Source of the DNA: Octopus vulgaris | Lineage: Eukaryota | NCBI GenBank assembly: GCA_951406725.2 | Contig: OX597817.1 | Span: forward strand, 41,292,001-41,356,000 | Length of the DNA stretch: 64,000 bases | Reading direction: 5' to 3' | Shown here: positions 37,582 to 52,337 of the stretch, piece by piece | Position numbering within the stretch: position 1 is the stretch's first letter | How the letters are laid out: each line of letters opens with the position of its first letter | Made by a program: the position numbers and the translations under genes | Notes under the pieces: generated by a model | Told to the model about the DNA's origin: nothing | Databases searched by the model: none | Seen by the model: the letters and a program-made list of their open reading frames with translations, nothing else

Positions 37582-38488
37582 ATTTAGATGCTGGTTCTAG
37601 AGCCAGTTTAAAGAAATAATTGACCATTTTGTTTTACTGATTTTCCTCACTTGACCCCCACTACAGGAAAATACAAACAAAGCCAAAATATCCCCTACTG
37701 GCAGATCTACCACTTTCTGGAGCACCGCCAGCCAAACAAGTTACACTATAATTTATGACAATCTACCACCACCAACACAGTAAATTAGACACAAAAAAAC
37801 CCCCTCTCAACAAAAACATTCTACAAAATTTCGGGGAACTCTGCAATAGAGTATGCTGCTGATATACACACACACACACAAAAAGACCACATGACTGACT
37901 GGTATGAAGTCATTCACCCACACACAGCAAATTTTGGTCCACAGATGTGCTTTGTTTTCTCTCTCTATTTCTTTTTTTTTACTGCTACTACAGTGGTGTC
38001 TACTCTGAGTTGGATTGTGTCATGTATACTCAGAACATCCCATCTTATTCATCATTTCTTCTTTCATAACTCACATTGTGTATCCCCTGCCAGGTGATGC
38101 ACTAACCATCATAATCGGTCCTTTCTCTCTAGGACATCAGCCCCTTGGAATTCACTCCTTGCTCATATTTTATCTGCATTTATTCAGGAGGAATCATAAA
38201 TGCAGTCTTATTGGTCTTGGAGGGCCAGCAAAATCTAAGGGCTTAGTGTGTTCCTCAAGAGAAGAAAAAAAAAACTAATAAAAATGCTGCTGACATTACC
38301 TAAATGTTTTTTATATTGCTAGACAGAATAGAGTAAGGGGTGTTGTGGGTCTAAAAATGGTTTATTAAGCTTCTAAAATTTACCTCCAGGGAAACACAAC
38401 ACACAAAAACAGTTGCAAAATTCCAAATTTATATTCACTATTTAGTTGAAACAGTTGCACTAACTACACAACCTTTTAAAATACATAA

Positions 38489-38715
38489 ACACACACACAC
38501 ACACACACATATATACACACACATATATATATACACACACACACACATATATATATATATACACACACATATATACACACACACATATATATATACACAC
38601 ACACATATATATATATACACACACATATATACATATATATATACACACACACAACATATATACACACACACATATATACACACATATACGCACACACATA
38701 CATACATACACACAC
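38489..38715. repeat. Compound (CA)n/(TA)n microsatellite
   Basis: Alternating CA and TA runs. Confidence 0.95.
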
Positions 38716-38969
38716 TTCAGAGAATACAGATATAACAATAAAGCAAGGAGAGAAGGGAATTAAAGAAGGACACAACTCAATCAATAAAATGTACAAAGAA
38801 TTGGAATTAATACTTTCCTAGTCACTTTGTGAAATGACCCCACTAAGTAATTCCATTTGAAAATAAAAGACCAGAGTTATATATATGAAAGGGGAAAGTG
38901 AAAGCTTGATATTTGTTTTTTTAAGAGATAATGGCTTTTTTGAAGCGTCTCCCACCTAGTTACTAACTG

Positions 38970-39008
<39 letters not shown>

Positions 39009-39189
39009 TATATATATATATACACACATATATATATACACACACATATATATATACACACACACACATATTTATATATATACCTCAGTCAAATCGTCCA
39101 ACCCATGCTAGCATGGAAAGCAGATGTTAAACGATGATGATGATGATATATATATATATATATATATGTTGAAGCAAAATATTAAACTG

Positions 39190-39775
39190 AGTACTACATG
39201 CATGATCAGTTTGGTTCGACCATCAGCCACATCCTAGTAAGTAGTCTCACATGGGCTACTTCAGAATACATGAGGCAACATAGCAGGATAGCAACCAGCC
39301 TCCACAAGACAGAAAATACATAAGAAAAATGAAGGTCCAGGCAGGAAAAAAAATGACATAAGCCTGTCTCCAATAAAGTTATGGAGAATTCAAGTGGTGT
39401 GATTTTCAGGGATATGCAAATACTTACAGATGAAATGATAAGAGCAAACTGCTTTCTTAATAAAATTAGAAATAAAAAAAGAAAACTAAGACACCAAGGT
39501 ATTGAATACTTATCGATGTGGCTTGCCTGAAAGACAATAACATTACAGTAAAGGAAGCTGAAAAACTATCCAAACAGTTGGAAACAGAAATATCAAAGAG
39601 AACAGGGATATGGACACAAGAATAAACCCGGTAATTATAAGAGCTTTAGGAAGCGCAAAGCATGATATAAAGCAGAAAAATCGAATAACTGTCAGATAAA
39701 TATTTCTTATGGGAAATTCAAAAGATAACATTCTGAGAAAGTATCCATATTCTGTTAAAAAAAATATTATCAATT
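39190..39775 (+). mobile_element. R4/Dong-like non-LTR retrotransposon remnant (restriction-like endonuclease region)
   Basis: EYMRQHSRIA, KVMENSSGVIFRDMQILTDEMIRAN, ILIDVACLKDNNITVKEAEKLSK, PVIIRALG in the expected order; lies between (TA)n tracts. Confidence 0.7.
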
Positions 39776-42700
39776 TATATATATATATATATATATGTAT
39801 ATGTAAAGCTTATAGCCACAAATCTACTGTACTGTAGAGTTAGAGAATAGCTCCAGCAGAGTATGTAAACATGACAAGATAATTATAATAGTAATAATAA
39901 TAATAAGAAGAAGCCTCATAAAAGCACAATGCCTCAATTTATAGTGAAAGCCATGATATCAATATATTTCCAAAGAGTATGAGCAATTTAAGTGATTCTA
40001 AATGGCTATCAAAATCAGGCAGGGTGCTTGGCTTTGAAGAAGACTCTACCATCAACTGGCTGATGATTAAAAAGAAAAAAAATTCTTAGAAAATAAGAAT
40101 TTTTGACAAAAAAAGTCTTCTTGCTTAAAGATTGGTTTGGTCAATCATTACTGAGATGACATTTTTGAGAAGGCAATCAAATTTCATTTCTATCATGACA
40201 GAATTCTGAGTACAGTTTTGAAAAATTAGGACCCCCCCCAAAAAAAAACAACAACAACACACACACACACAAAAGAAAAAAACACTATGGACGGTAGGAA
40301 ATATAATTGGTAGTGGTAAATATAAAAATGATTCATACAATCAGTTTAAAGAAACTGAAAGTTAAAAATGTGAAAGAGACTAGGTTAAGTGGCAGCTAAG
40401 ACATCACTATTAAAAGGAATGGTCTTCAATAAATTGCAGTTAAGTGGCACCATCTAGTTATGAACATTCATTTTGTAAACAAGTAGATCATTACTGTACT
40501 TCAAGAAATATGTATGTATTTATATTCAGACATGCATATTTATTTAGTTGTTGACAAGTTATGTTTTATTTTTTATATCGTAAATTTATGCAATATAATT
40601 TTCCCTGTATAAATGTAACATGAATTTTTGCTTACTTGCACAAGATAAGTTTTATTGAACTAGTTTGAAGGATCAATGCACACATGTGTGAAAATGTCAG
40701 AGTTTTATTAAGAAACTTCTATAAAATTACAGATTATAGGGGATTAAAAAAAGCATTAGATGCAAGAAAGTTGAGGAAAGGAACATTTAAAATTTAAATC
40801 AAAGAGGGCTGTGCTATGGGATTAATAAAAAGTTCTTTTGTCAATGAATACAAAATTTACTTTGCTATTTTGGAATCTGTGACATGAATTAAAGACTTTG
40901 ATTTATAAAATCAGATATTTCTGGTTGAATAGAGGTAAGGAATTAAAGAATGGCCATTATAACATATTGACATATAGAAAGCAGTGGTGTGTATGTATAT
41001 ATATATATATATAAGGAAAGATCTGATGAAACCTTATGGAAGCCATGTAAAATAACTAGGGTAAACAAAATATCTATTATTAGAAGAGAAATGTTGTAGC
41101 CTGCATGACATTTTACTCCTGATGATGGGCTTTTGTACTTGAAATATAAAGGTTATTAAAGGTATATAAAATATAAAGGTTATTACAGTTTGCATTGTAA
41201 GGAACTCTCTGTCTTCACTGTTTGCTATCTATTATTAGAAACAGCATCTTCTTGCTAAATGCAAGCATGAGATATGTGTTAAAATTGTTGTAGCAATGAA
41301 TACAAGTAACTTGAAGTCTTGAGAAATTAGAGATTTAACTACTGTCTCAGCAAATATTAAGTATAATCTAAAATAAAAGATCACCGAGGAAGCTGATTAT
41401 GTACTAAATGTACTAAAAATTCAAAAGTTTTTAACAAGAATTTAGCATTTCTCAAGAAAGTTAGCAAACAGACACATTGATAAATAAAAAGGTGAAAAAA
41501 CATGTAAGGTAAAGCTATAAAACAAATTTTACTTCATACCGAAGTTGAAATTAGAGCTGTATACAATTTGAAAAGGAAATATGATCAAATTCTCTGTTTA
41601 ATTCAGTTTTAGTTGAAATTTGATCATATTTTATTGAAAAATGTTCTCCATTAGAGGATAGCAAAGTATTTTCAAGATGAAGCCCTATAGATAGGAAAAC
41701 CATATTAGAAAAGGCTGAATTACATTAGACAGAAACAATAAAAGGGAAACCAAAGAAGCATCTTCAGTTTCCAGTCAGTAATTTAATATTACCAGTAACA
41801 ACCATATCAGAACTCAGCTAAACTAAAGCATTGATATATATTCTTTTGTTATCAGCTTTTATGAAAAGAAAAAAAAAAAAAGAAGAAAAAGGAGCCAATG
41901 TAGGAAGAAGAAGAAGCGGTGTATGGAGAGCTAGCCTGTTTTAAAAGATAACCTAACCTACAATTCCACTGAATGAAAACAGAATGAACATGGAGGAAGT
42001 ATTTCATTTCCTCATCTGCTGCATTGTGATATGCATGTTCTGTATTTTAAAGAGATGACCAACTGTCATAACTACAAATGGAACATCGAAATCTTACTAA
42101 AAAGATAAAGAAAAAAAGTCACTCTGATGAGCGTTGCAGAGAAGCAAAGTGCTGTAGAGAAAGAAGCGGAATAGTAAGTGTAAGGAGTTATTTTTCAGTT
42201 CTGCACAACTGCCTATTGTTACAAGTAATAAGATTTACAAGTGGCTTGTTCCATTCAGAAGCAACTTATATTGTACATAGATACAGAATGTATGAATGTC
42301 AAGATATTGAACAGCGAACAGAGAGGACATTGCAAAAATATGTTTCCTCAAGCTTATTACATTTTAAACAAAGATATGTATTTAGAAAAGATTAAAAGAT
42401 ATCAGGGAAAGTGTGATATCAGCATCTGAGCAGTGCTTTGAAGCTCATCTCGCACAGTTTCAAAACTGGTGTATAGGTGTGTATATATACACACTAGCAC
42501 ACAACAATTTGGAGGTAGTGTACAATAAATTTCTATCTATCTATCTATGTTTATACATATACATACATATGTAACACACAAACATATATATGTATGAGTG
42601 AGAAGAGAGTATGGAGATGGGGGGAGAGTAAGCATCAAAAACATGAGATCTATGGATAACAAGTCCAGGATATATAGTTATGAATATTTTATATACATAT

Positions 42701-43694
42701 TTCCAATAGAAATATATTAGACATAGAAAACTGAAAGATCTATAAAGACATAAACCAGCACATAATCAATAACATCATCATCACCACCACCACCACCAAA
42801 AAATAAAGCAGTTCTCTGTTGTATAACGGTATTCTACATATTAGTATTAGGCAGGAGGGTAAAAACCATAAACAGAACTGAGAGCTCTCTCTCCCTCTTG
42901 GACACTGGAAAACAGTAGTATATCGATGATTAATGATAATTTAACAAAGTAACCATAGACATATGAGAGCCTTTGATATCTAGAATATCATGTGGTTAAA
43001 AAATACATCTTCAATTTCATCTGAGATTACTTATTTCAACAACCTTTATATGTTATGTTTGGATTTATTTACACAATGCATGGAAAAACATAGCTAAACA
43101 ATTAAACTGACCTTAACTAAACCAGTTTATACATCATGAGTTTAAGCAACTGGAATTTATGATCCAGCAAGTAAGTCTCTATGCCTCAAATAGCACCTCA
43201 TCATAATCATTGTCGCCGTCATCGTCATCGTTTTAATGCCTGTGTTGCTATCCTTGCATGAATTGGGCAGAGTTCATCGAAACAAAATTTCTGTAGCTGG
43301 ATGCCCTTTGTGTCCAAACAAATACTTCCCTTAGCCCAGACATGTCTTCATTGAAGATTGGAAATAAAATACATCGCTTGTATGACAGTGATAGTCATTT
43401 ACAACTATCACATGATGTCAGGATGAAGAGGTATAAATAAACACACATACACACACACAACAAACCTCTTTTAGTTTCCATCAATCAAATTCACTCGCAA
43501 GGCTTTGGTCAGCCTGGAGCTATAACAAAGACACTAATTCAACAATGTTCACAGTGGGACTGAACCTGAAACTGCATGGTTGGGAAGCTAACTTCTTAAC
43601 CACACTGCTGTGCCTATGTTGCTTTAAAAAAATACAGGAAGGATACATTTGTAAATGTAATTCCAGATACACTATTCCTGAATAAAATAAAAAC

Positions 43695-44071
43695 CTTTTA
43701 CTTGTTTTAGCCATTTGACTGTGGCCATGCTGGAGCACTGCCTTTAGTCAAACAAATCGACCCTAGGACTTATTCTTTGGAAGCCTAGTACTTATTCTAT
43801 CAGTCTCTTTTGCTGAACTTCTAAGTTATGGAGATGTAAACACACCAGCATCGGTTGTCAAGCGATGTTGGAAGACAAACAGACACACACACACACACAT
43901 ATATACGATGGACTTCTTTCAGTTTCTGACTACCAAATCCATTCCCAAGGCTTTGGTTGGCCTGAGGCTATTGTAGAAAACACTTGCCCAAGGTGCCATG
44001 CAGTGAGATTGAACCTGGAACCATGTGGTTGGTAAGCAAGCTACTTACCACACAGTCTCTCCTGCGCCTAT
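43695..44071 (-). mobile_element. tRNA-derived SINE, family A
   Basis: Same head, core and tail motifs. Confidence 0.8.
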
Positions 44072-46175
44072 GGTCATGACTAGAATATCTTTGATCAAAG
44101 GTATGTTCGATCAACGCTGACCTGAAGTAAAATGATTACATGAATTTGTAATGCAACTATTGTTCCAGTAGGTTTGCTTTAAAAAAAATAGTTTGAGATA
44201 AAGCTGACTAGTTGTGCAGCAAAGCAATACAAGACAATATTTGATATAAAAGTGTGAGTGACATGGATGGATACCCTTTCAGGAAACCGCTAAGGAGGAA
44301 GGGGTGGGAGGTTTTGGAAAAACCTCCCCAAACCTATGCATAGAATAATTCACCCTGCAGCACAATTACCTTAAAGTAATTGATACAATAAGAAGAAAAA
44401 AAAAATAAATAAAAGGATGCATGTCTAAAATAAAGTAGTATAGCTGGTGTAATGAAATGTGCAAAAAAAACCCCAAAAACCCCCAAAAAAGAAAAAGGGA
44501 GAAAAGGTTAGAATGAGAAATGGAATTTATAACAATAAAGTAATTAGAATGAGTTGGCACTTTCCTTTTTTATTAATCCTTCAATGGTCTTGAGTTATTG
44601 TACTTTCTCTGTTGCATTTTATTTTAAAGTTTTATTTTATAAATATTGTAATCTTCAGAAATATCTATTGTGTTAGGCATACATTACGTTTCTTGTATTT
44701 TGCATTTAACTTTATATCTTTAGAATATTTCCATAAATATTCTCGTTTTTTATTTTCTGAATTCCTTGTAAGGAAGAAAGCGTGTGTTTTATATTGTTTT
44801 CAATTTAAATTTATGATTCTTCAGTGCTTCAAAAAGTCTATCAAGATGTATACTTTATCAGAATAACTAAAACAATGTAAAGTCATTTTTTTTTAACACT
44901 GATTTTTCTTCTGAACTTTAGAACAAAAGTTCATTTTATTCATTTATTATTACTTTTTTTTTTTTTATGAAATTTCTTGAAGATAAATCATTTAAGAATT
45001 TACTTTTTTTTTTTTCCCACATTTCTGTCTTTAATGTGTTATTAGTTTTGAACAGTCATAGAATATATGAGTCCATAATTCTTACACTTCAAGATTGAAA
45101 AGATACGACTCACTGATAATATTTTAATGCTTGCTTAAAAAAAAGTGTGAGAGTGGGGGAATATTGAATCCGAGGGAAGACTCTAGCTCTGAGATACATT
45201 AACACTTTACAGCTGTAATAACTATCATTACCATGATTATTATCATTATTGCGTACTTCCTATGCTTGACTGAACATCAGAGCTAGGTCTTGTAATTTAT
45301 TTCTATTTTAACCATTAGTAAAACACCCAACCTCCCTGGCCCCAGGGCCAATATAACTGAATAACATTAATTAAGTGTTAAATGCCAAGTTGATATTCTG
45401 AGGAAAACAAAGCCACTACTTTCAACAGATTGTGTTTCATGTCTCTGTAAATATATCTGTTAGATGTTTGATTGCATGTTATCACTAGTAAGACCTTTTT
45501 ATACAACATACTTAATAACGTAGGTGTGTAAGAGAAATCGACTGGAGCTAAATCTGAATATTTGAAGTAGAATCTATATAACAAAAAAAGATGCTAGAAA
45601 TCCTTTAAGAAAAGTGAAACGAGCTGCTTGCTTTTAGTTCATATGAACTTTCAAGAGTGATATAAAAGTCAATTTTCAACTAATGTTCAATAAGATATAA
45701 CAATAATATATAGAAACAGTGAAAAATATTCATTAATAGCCAAGCCGTTTGTACACGTAAAAAGCGTAGTCATGTGACTGAACAAATTAATTAAGCAAAT
45801 TGCTAAGAGGAAAGTTTAGCAGAAGATATTTTAATGAAAACTGAGAAAACATAGAATAGGAAAATATGAACAGAATATAAATAAGGATTTATAGAAAAGA
45901 GAATAAATTTCAGATAAGAAGATTAATCAAGTAAATTTTGACATAACAACAATATCAATTATTCTTTAGAATCTTCAATCAGCACCTACGTGGTATTTTT
46001 AGGTTCAATCCCAACAGCTATTTCACAGCAATAAACTAGAAGCAAGATATCTATTTCCACATCTTCAATCTAAATTCAATTCAAATTAAGCCTTGAGAAG
46101 CTTGAAAGATATTTTTCATGGACCTCGTTAATTAATCACATGCTAAAATAGGCGAATCTTTCCAGTTTTACTTAC

Positions 46176-46288
46176 TTGTTGATGTTGCTACCTTCTTTTA
46201 AGCGTTCACCAACAGCACCGGTTTTTTGAGCTCGTTCACTTCCAGCTAAATCGACTAAACTTAGCTTACTGACCTTTTCACCCTTCAC
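46176..46288 (-). CDS. KIF13: Kinesin-3 KIF13-like exon, motor domain switch II: [37 protein letters not shown](K)
   Basis: 113 bp; AG acceptor at 46289-46290, GTAAG donor at 46174-46175; kinesin LVDLAGSER and KEGSNINK motifs; ends in phase 2 and joins the next exon in frame. Confidence 0.96.
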
Positions 46289-46364
46289 CTGAAACGAAAC
46301 AAAATAAATTGTTAGTAATTATGACACTATTTAACAACAACAACAACAATAATGATAATGATAA

Positions 46365-46578
46365 TCCTTTCCACTAAAGGCTCAAGGCCTGAAATTTAGG
46401 GAAGGAGGCAAGTTGATTACATCGGCCCCCAGTATTCAACTGGTACTTATTTCATGGACCCCAAAAGGATGAAAGGCAGAGATAACCCCAGCAGAGTTTG
46501 AACTCAGAACATAAGGATGAACAAAATGCCAACAAGAATTTTGTCCAGTCTCCTAATGATTCTGCCAGTTCACTGCCA

Positions 46579-46616
<38 letters not shown>

Positions 46617-47908
46617 CCAATAATAATAATAATTTCAAAGTTTGGTACAGGGCCAGCAATTTTGGAGGAGGGGTTAAGTAGATTGCATTGATCACAGTAC
46701 TCAATTGGTACTTATTTTATTAACCCTGAAAGGATGAAAGGCAAAGTCAACCTCGGTGGAATTTGAACTCAGAACATGAAGACAGGTGAAATGCCGTTAA
46801 GCATTCTGCCTAGCATGCTAACGATTCTGTCAGCTTGCCACCCTTTTAATAATATTTTTGGCATAAAGACAGCAATTTTAGGAGAAAGTTATCAATTATA
46901 TCAACCCAGTATTTAACTGCTACTTTATTTAATCAACTTTTATTAATAATAAAAAAATTGGTACATAATGTGAATTTGAGGGAGGAATGAAGCTGATTTA
47001 ATCAATCCCTGAACTTGTAATTTTATTGACATAAGTTAGCCGAAAGAGAAAGTTGATTGTAATAGAGTTTGAACTCTAGATGTAATTCAATATAATCTGA
47101 CCTAAATTCTAATTTTCATTCTAGTTCTTGAGACAATCACAATGTAATTTAGGACTGGATGCCAATCACAACTTCTATGAAGGGATGATCTGATTGTAGG
47201 ATTTAATCTCTAGGAGACAATGAGATACTCTAAAATGGTTAACTAAAATCCAAAAATTAAAACAAAAGAAAACAAAAAAAAAAAAACGAAAAGAATTGTG
47301 GGGAGGGAGTTGGATAATTCTACTGACCCCAGTACTTGACAAGTAGCTTGTTTTCTTAACCCCAAAAGGATGGGAGGCAAAATCTGAAGTCGGGATGTAC
47401 AAAAACAAGAAGAAATGCTACAAAATATTTTGTCCAATGTGTTAATGATTCTAAATTCACAGACTTTTGAATTCCATGTCTCTCTTATCGACACTAGCAA
47501 TTAAATAAAATGGAGTTATACAACCAAATAATTAACAATGATGCCTAAGGTCTCAACATCATAATACATTTAATTCTTTTGTTACAGTAATTCTCTTGAA
47601 ATATAATGCCTACATTTCAAGTAATTTTGAAAATGATTAAGAATTTAGTAAAATAACTTTTTCCTTATTAACTTAGTGTTTGGAACATATATTGGTTTCA
47701 GATGTTGGCACAAGGCCAGCAATTTCAAGGGAGGATGTAATTTGATTATATCAAACCTAGTGTTCAACTGACACTTGTTTTATTGAACATGAAAGGATAA
47801 AAGGCAAAGTTAACCATGGAAGAATTTGAACTCAGAACTTAGAGATGATGGACATGCCACTAAGCATTTTGCCTGGGGTGCTAATGATTCTGCCAGCTCA
47901 CCGCCTTT
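46365..47908 (-). mobile_element. Cluster of family B SINE copies (about 46365-46580, 46633-46845, 47280-47460, 47695-47908); others at 16470-16700 and 33660-33878
   Basis: Repeated TGGTACTTATTT..GAAAGGATGAAAGGCAAAGT..ATTTGAACTCAGAAC motifs. Confidence 0.75.
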
Positions 47909-48394
47909 AAAAAATCTATTAACATGAAATTTTGATTGAAAGGTTTGATTTAGATCACTTTATAAAATGGAGATTGTATCATAAAATGAAAGGTGGTCTT
48001 AGGCAGCTTAATATCAAAGGGATTGATGCACCATACTATAGCACATTTAGATAACAAACCAACAAGAAGGCTAAAAGGCCTGAAGTTATAGATGGCAAAA
48101 GAGGACCAAACAACTCCAAAGCATCTGAAATGTATTCTTATTCAATATACAGGAAGAATGGAATTTATAACTCAATAGTGTACAGAGAGAATTTTAATGC
48201 ATGAACTGAGAGATTCTGTCAGCTTCCAGAAATAACATCTTTGATATGATAGTTATCTGTCAGTCTTCAAAGACCATGGATCTGAATGTGGAGAATTTTG
48301 TGGTCAGCTGCTGATGGTTGTGCAGCATCTGCTGTGGCTATTACAGGCTCACAAGGGGGCGGCAGTCTTGAATGCAGTTACCACCTTCAAAATC

Positions 48395-48625
48395 ACAAGC
48401 AAAAAATACTATATTGTAGCAGTTTGATATTTAGAGGTTCTCAACTGTTCAACTGCATACCTAAAGAAATCAGAAATATAAAAGAGACCTCTACTGAAAC
48501 ATAAAAAAAAAAAAAAAGATAAAAAAACATTGGGTGAACTCCTAATGATGATATCAGACCAACCAACCATTCAAGGATACACTCAAGGGAAGATCAGCTG
48601 CTACAAACTGAATCATAGACCAATT
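48395..48625 (+). mobile_element. Degraded LINE ORF2 C-terminus
   Basis: SLIFRGSQLFNCIPKEIRNI...LMMISDQPTIQGY resembles the GPxLFNxLPxxIRN...PDQP end of CR1/jockey-group LINEs. Confidence 0.55.
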
Positions 48626-49273
48626 TCAGTAATAAAGCAACAACAAAACTGAAAGAAAATAAAATTAAGGCAGTGCTCCAGCATGGCTGCAGTCCAACAA
48701 CTGAAACAAGGATAAAGAATAAAGGGTACTTTGGCAGCTTGACCAAGGAGTAGAAATACAGCTGAGGCAATAAAGACATTTTAATATCTTATGTCGTAGA
48801 GCCTCTCCTGGATGTCTCACCTTTCATCTAGCAGAACACCAAGAGCTAAAGTTCAAGAGGGCTGTACTAGTGCTCAGCTGATCCTCATTATTGGCTAAGT
48901 AGACTGGCTGAAGGATACAAGGCATTGCCTGGTCAAATAATTGAACCTACAACCTTATGAACACGAACCCAACACCCTAATTACAAGGCTACATGTCTTT
49001 ATTAGATGTACACTGTGAATTTACTGGAAAGGTTGCTATATCTGCTAAACATAGCAACCAAATCTCAACTCACACTCCGTCTTTAAAAAAAAAAATGAAG
49101 GACACATTGAACAATCTAGTTTTAGAGGCACAAATAGACTGGATGGTCATGGGTGGAACATTTGGTCAGGGCTGACTTGGTGTTGGAAAAAACTTTTAAA
49201 TATTTTCAGTGATAGAAGTTAAGCAAAAAACACACACATATTCTTTCTTGTACTTTTCAGAAACCATTTGAAC

Positions 49274-49320
<47 letters not shown>

Positions 49321-49905
49321 CAATAAAGGAAAGCCTTCAATTTAAGATGGTGTCACACTGGCACATTTCAGGAAGTAAAATTGAATAAATGGTTAGAAGC
49401 AGTAAGACACTACAAGGAAGGTGAGAAACATTTGTAAACTGTACTTAAATTGAATGTTATGACATTTTCTCTCACTGACATTACCAATAAAACCAAATTA
49501 AGACAACAGGTTTTTGTATTTATCCACTAAACTGCAATTTTAAGGATGACTGCAGGGTATTTATTTTCTAAGGACTTCAACTACTAAAACGTCTCCATCG
49601 TATTTACACATAGTTGATATATATATTAAAAAAATGTATATATAAATTAATAATTCTATTCCCTAAGAGACAAAGATAAAGTAGATACAGTCAACCACCT
49701 CAGTTGTACATTGTTAGAAATGATTGTTCAAATTTGAACGTTTATTTTATTCCATTTTATTTTGTATATATATGTATCTTTTATTTAGTTTCAAAAATTG
49801 CTATTAACTAAATCTCAAGAGAAACACAACAAAAGAAGGTTAGAGGCAAAGTTATAACCTGGATATAAATGAACAGTTTTTCAGGCAGACAGACATGCAA
49901 TGTGT

Positions 49906-49908
<3 letters not shown>

Positions 49909-49996
<88 letters not shown>
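49909..49996. repeat. (GA)n microsatellite
   Basis: Long GA run; similar runs at 4185-4275 and 19376-19440. Confidence 0.95.
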
Positions 49997-49997
<1 letters not shown>

Positions 49998-51964
49998 CGA
50001 AAGCTGCCCCCCAGGTTTCAAAAGACTAAAACACAGTAATTTTCTTTATTATACCAAGGTGAGAACACAGCTAACGAATATGAAATTAAATTATTCTTTA
50101 ATGTTACAAACCAAAATCATTGAAATGTTCTAATGGTTTATTTGTTCGAAACTGTTTGCTCATGTCATACAGTGCTTCTTGCTGATAGAAAAGTAACACT
50201 TGTAGAAAATACTGGTTCATAAACGTGAAAAGGTCATACATTAAGAGGCAGAGGAAAGGAGGAAGAGGAGGAGGAGGAGCTCCTAACAACAGCAGGCTTC
50301 AATTTAAAACTACTGCAATAATATTTTATTGGTTTCTATGACTGTGACCATGCTGAGTATTAACCTTTTAGTATTTAACTGGCCATATCCAGCCCCAAAT
50401 ATTCTACTTGTTTTATGTTCAAACTGGCTAAAGCTGGCCTCTTACACATACCCAACAATGTCATTCTAAAAATAAACAATCACAACCTCAAAATCTCAAA
50501 GCTGTTAGATAATGCAAGATTAATTCAAAACACTGTGAATAAATAAGGCTTACACTTGACAGGGTCATCTGTATGTTAAAAAGTTAAGGGTTTTAATCAG
50601 TTATATTGACCATAGTATTTAAAATAGACCCCTTAGGTCATGAATGGCCATGGGATTGCACTTAGAAAGTTTCTCTGAGGTACAAGTCCAGACAAGTTTC
50701 TTTGAGGAAGACCAACAGTCAGCCATAAATACCAACCTCCTCTCTCCACACCATTCATGTTATCCAAGGGAAAGGCAAAGGCTGACACAGCTTGGCACCA
50801 GTGACATTGCGACTCATTTCTACAGCTGAGTGAACTGGAGCAACATGAAATAAAGTGTCTTGCTCAAGAACACAACACAACACACAGCTTCATCTGGGAA
50901 TCAAACTCACTACTTCATGACTGTGAGCCCGATGCTCTAACCACTGACCCATGTGCTTTCACTTACTTTAAGCCATTTTATCAGTCTCAATTGAAAGACT
51001 AAGGTACAGAAACTGTTACATAAGGGGAAGCAACTCAACACCAGTTTAGACTAGTAAACATAAACACACACTGATTGAATAAGAAAAACAACTACTTTAA
51101 TTATTTCATTCTTTATACATGTTACAGTAAAGCGTTAGTGATAGCAATAAAGTATTTAGTTATATAAGATTAAGTTTCGTTTGATCATTTGTCTTCTGAA
51201 GATGTGATAGCTTCGATGACTCTTACATAACTAATTGTATAGCTGCTACTACTAAGGCATTAGTGAAATGTGTGGAAAGAATGAAATAATTAAATCAAAG
51301 CAGCCGTTTTCCTTGTATTTTCACTCTATGTTCATTACAGCCTATACAACTGTATCTTATAAATATGTGTGTGTGTGTATGTAAAAGTAAGAATACATTC
51401 TTGAAAGCGTATGCGTTGGAGTGTAATGAAATATGTTGAGTTCTAAATAAATGGCTATTTGTCATGCCATCTAAAGGTACGTAAGTAATATATTCACACA
51501 CACACACACACATACAGACAGACAGACACACACGATGGAATCTCCCATCAAAGAAGATGTATGAGTGAGTGTTTGGCAGTAAAGAAAACAAAACAATCCT
51601 AAACCAACTTGAAATGATAAAAGGAGAACAACATTCAAACAAACACGAGGACTGGAAAAACACATCACAAATCTGCAAAACAAACACAAGACTAGTAAAA
51701 AGATATAAAGGTAATACTGGTTATTTACATATAAATACACTAAAGTAATTTATATTATGTTTGTTATTCAGAATATAGTTATGTATAAATTAATTTATTT
51801 TACTTGATGACTGTACATGTGTTTCAGTATTTTCAACATTTATCATTTACAATATAGTTACGTACAAATCTATTTATCCTACTTAATAACTACACAGGTT
51901 TATCTTTAGACCTGCAAGTGTATGTTATGTTTATTGAAGTGAATGTGCGTGTATGTGTGTGTGT

Positions 51965-52337
51965 ATTCTTATATCTGTTTCAGTCATTTGACTGTGACCA
52001 TGCTGGAGCACCACCTTCAGTCGAAGAAATCGAACCCAGGACTTATTCTTTCTAAGCCTAGTACTTATTCTATTGGTCTCTTTTGAACCACTAAGTTTTG
52101 GGGATGTAAACACACCAACATCAGTTGTCAAGCGATGGACACACACACACAAATATAAATATATAAATATTTGCAATGGGCTTCTTTGAGTTTCTGTCTA
52201 CCAAATCCACTCACAAGGCTTTGGTTGATCTGAGGCTATAGTTGAAGACACTTGCCCAAGGTTCCACGCAGTGAGACTGAACCCAAAACCATGTATTTAG
52301 GAAGCAAGCTTCTTCACACAGCTACACCTGTGCTTAT
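51965..52337 (-). mobile_element. tRNA-derived SINE, family A
   Basis: Same head, core and tail motifs. Confidence 0.8.

Noticed and set aside
42123-42185. CTGATGA...GAAA hammerhead-like spacing
   Set aside because: Stem II does not close next to the core and stems I/III are unconvincing; similar weak hits near 17328, 27799, 41119 and 59370 were rejected for the same reason.
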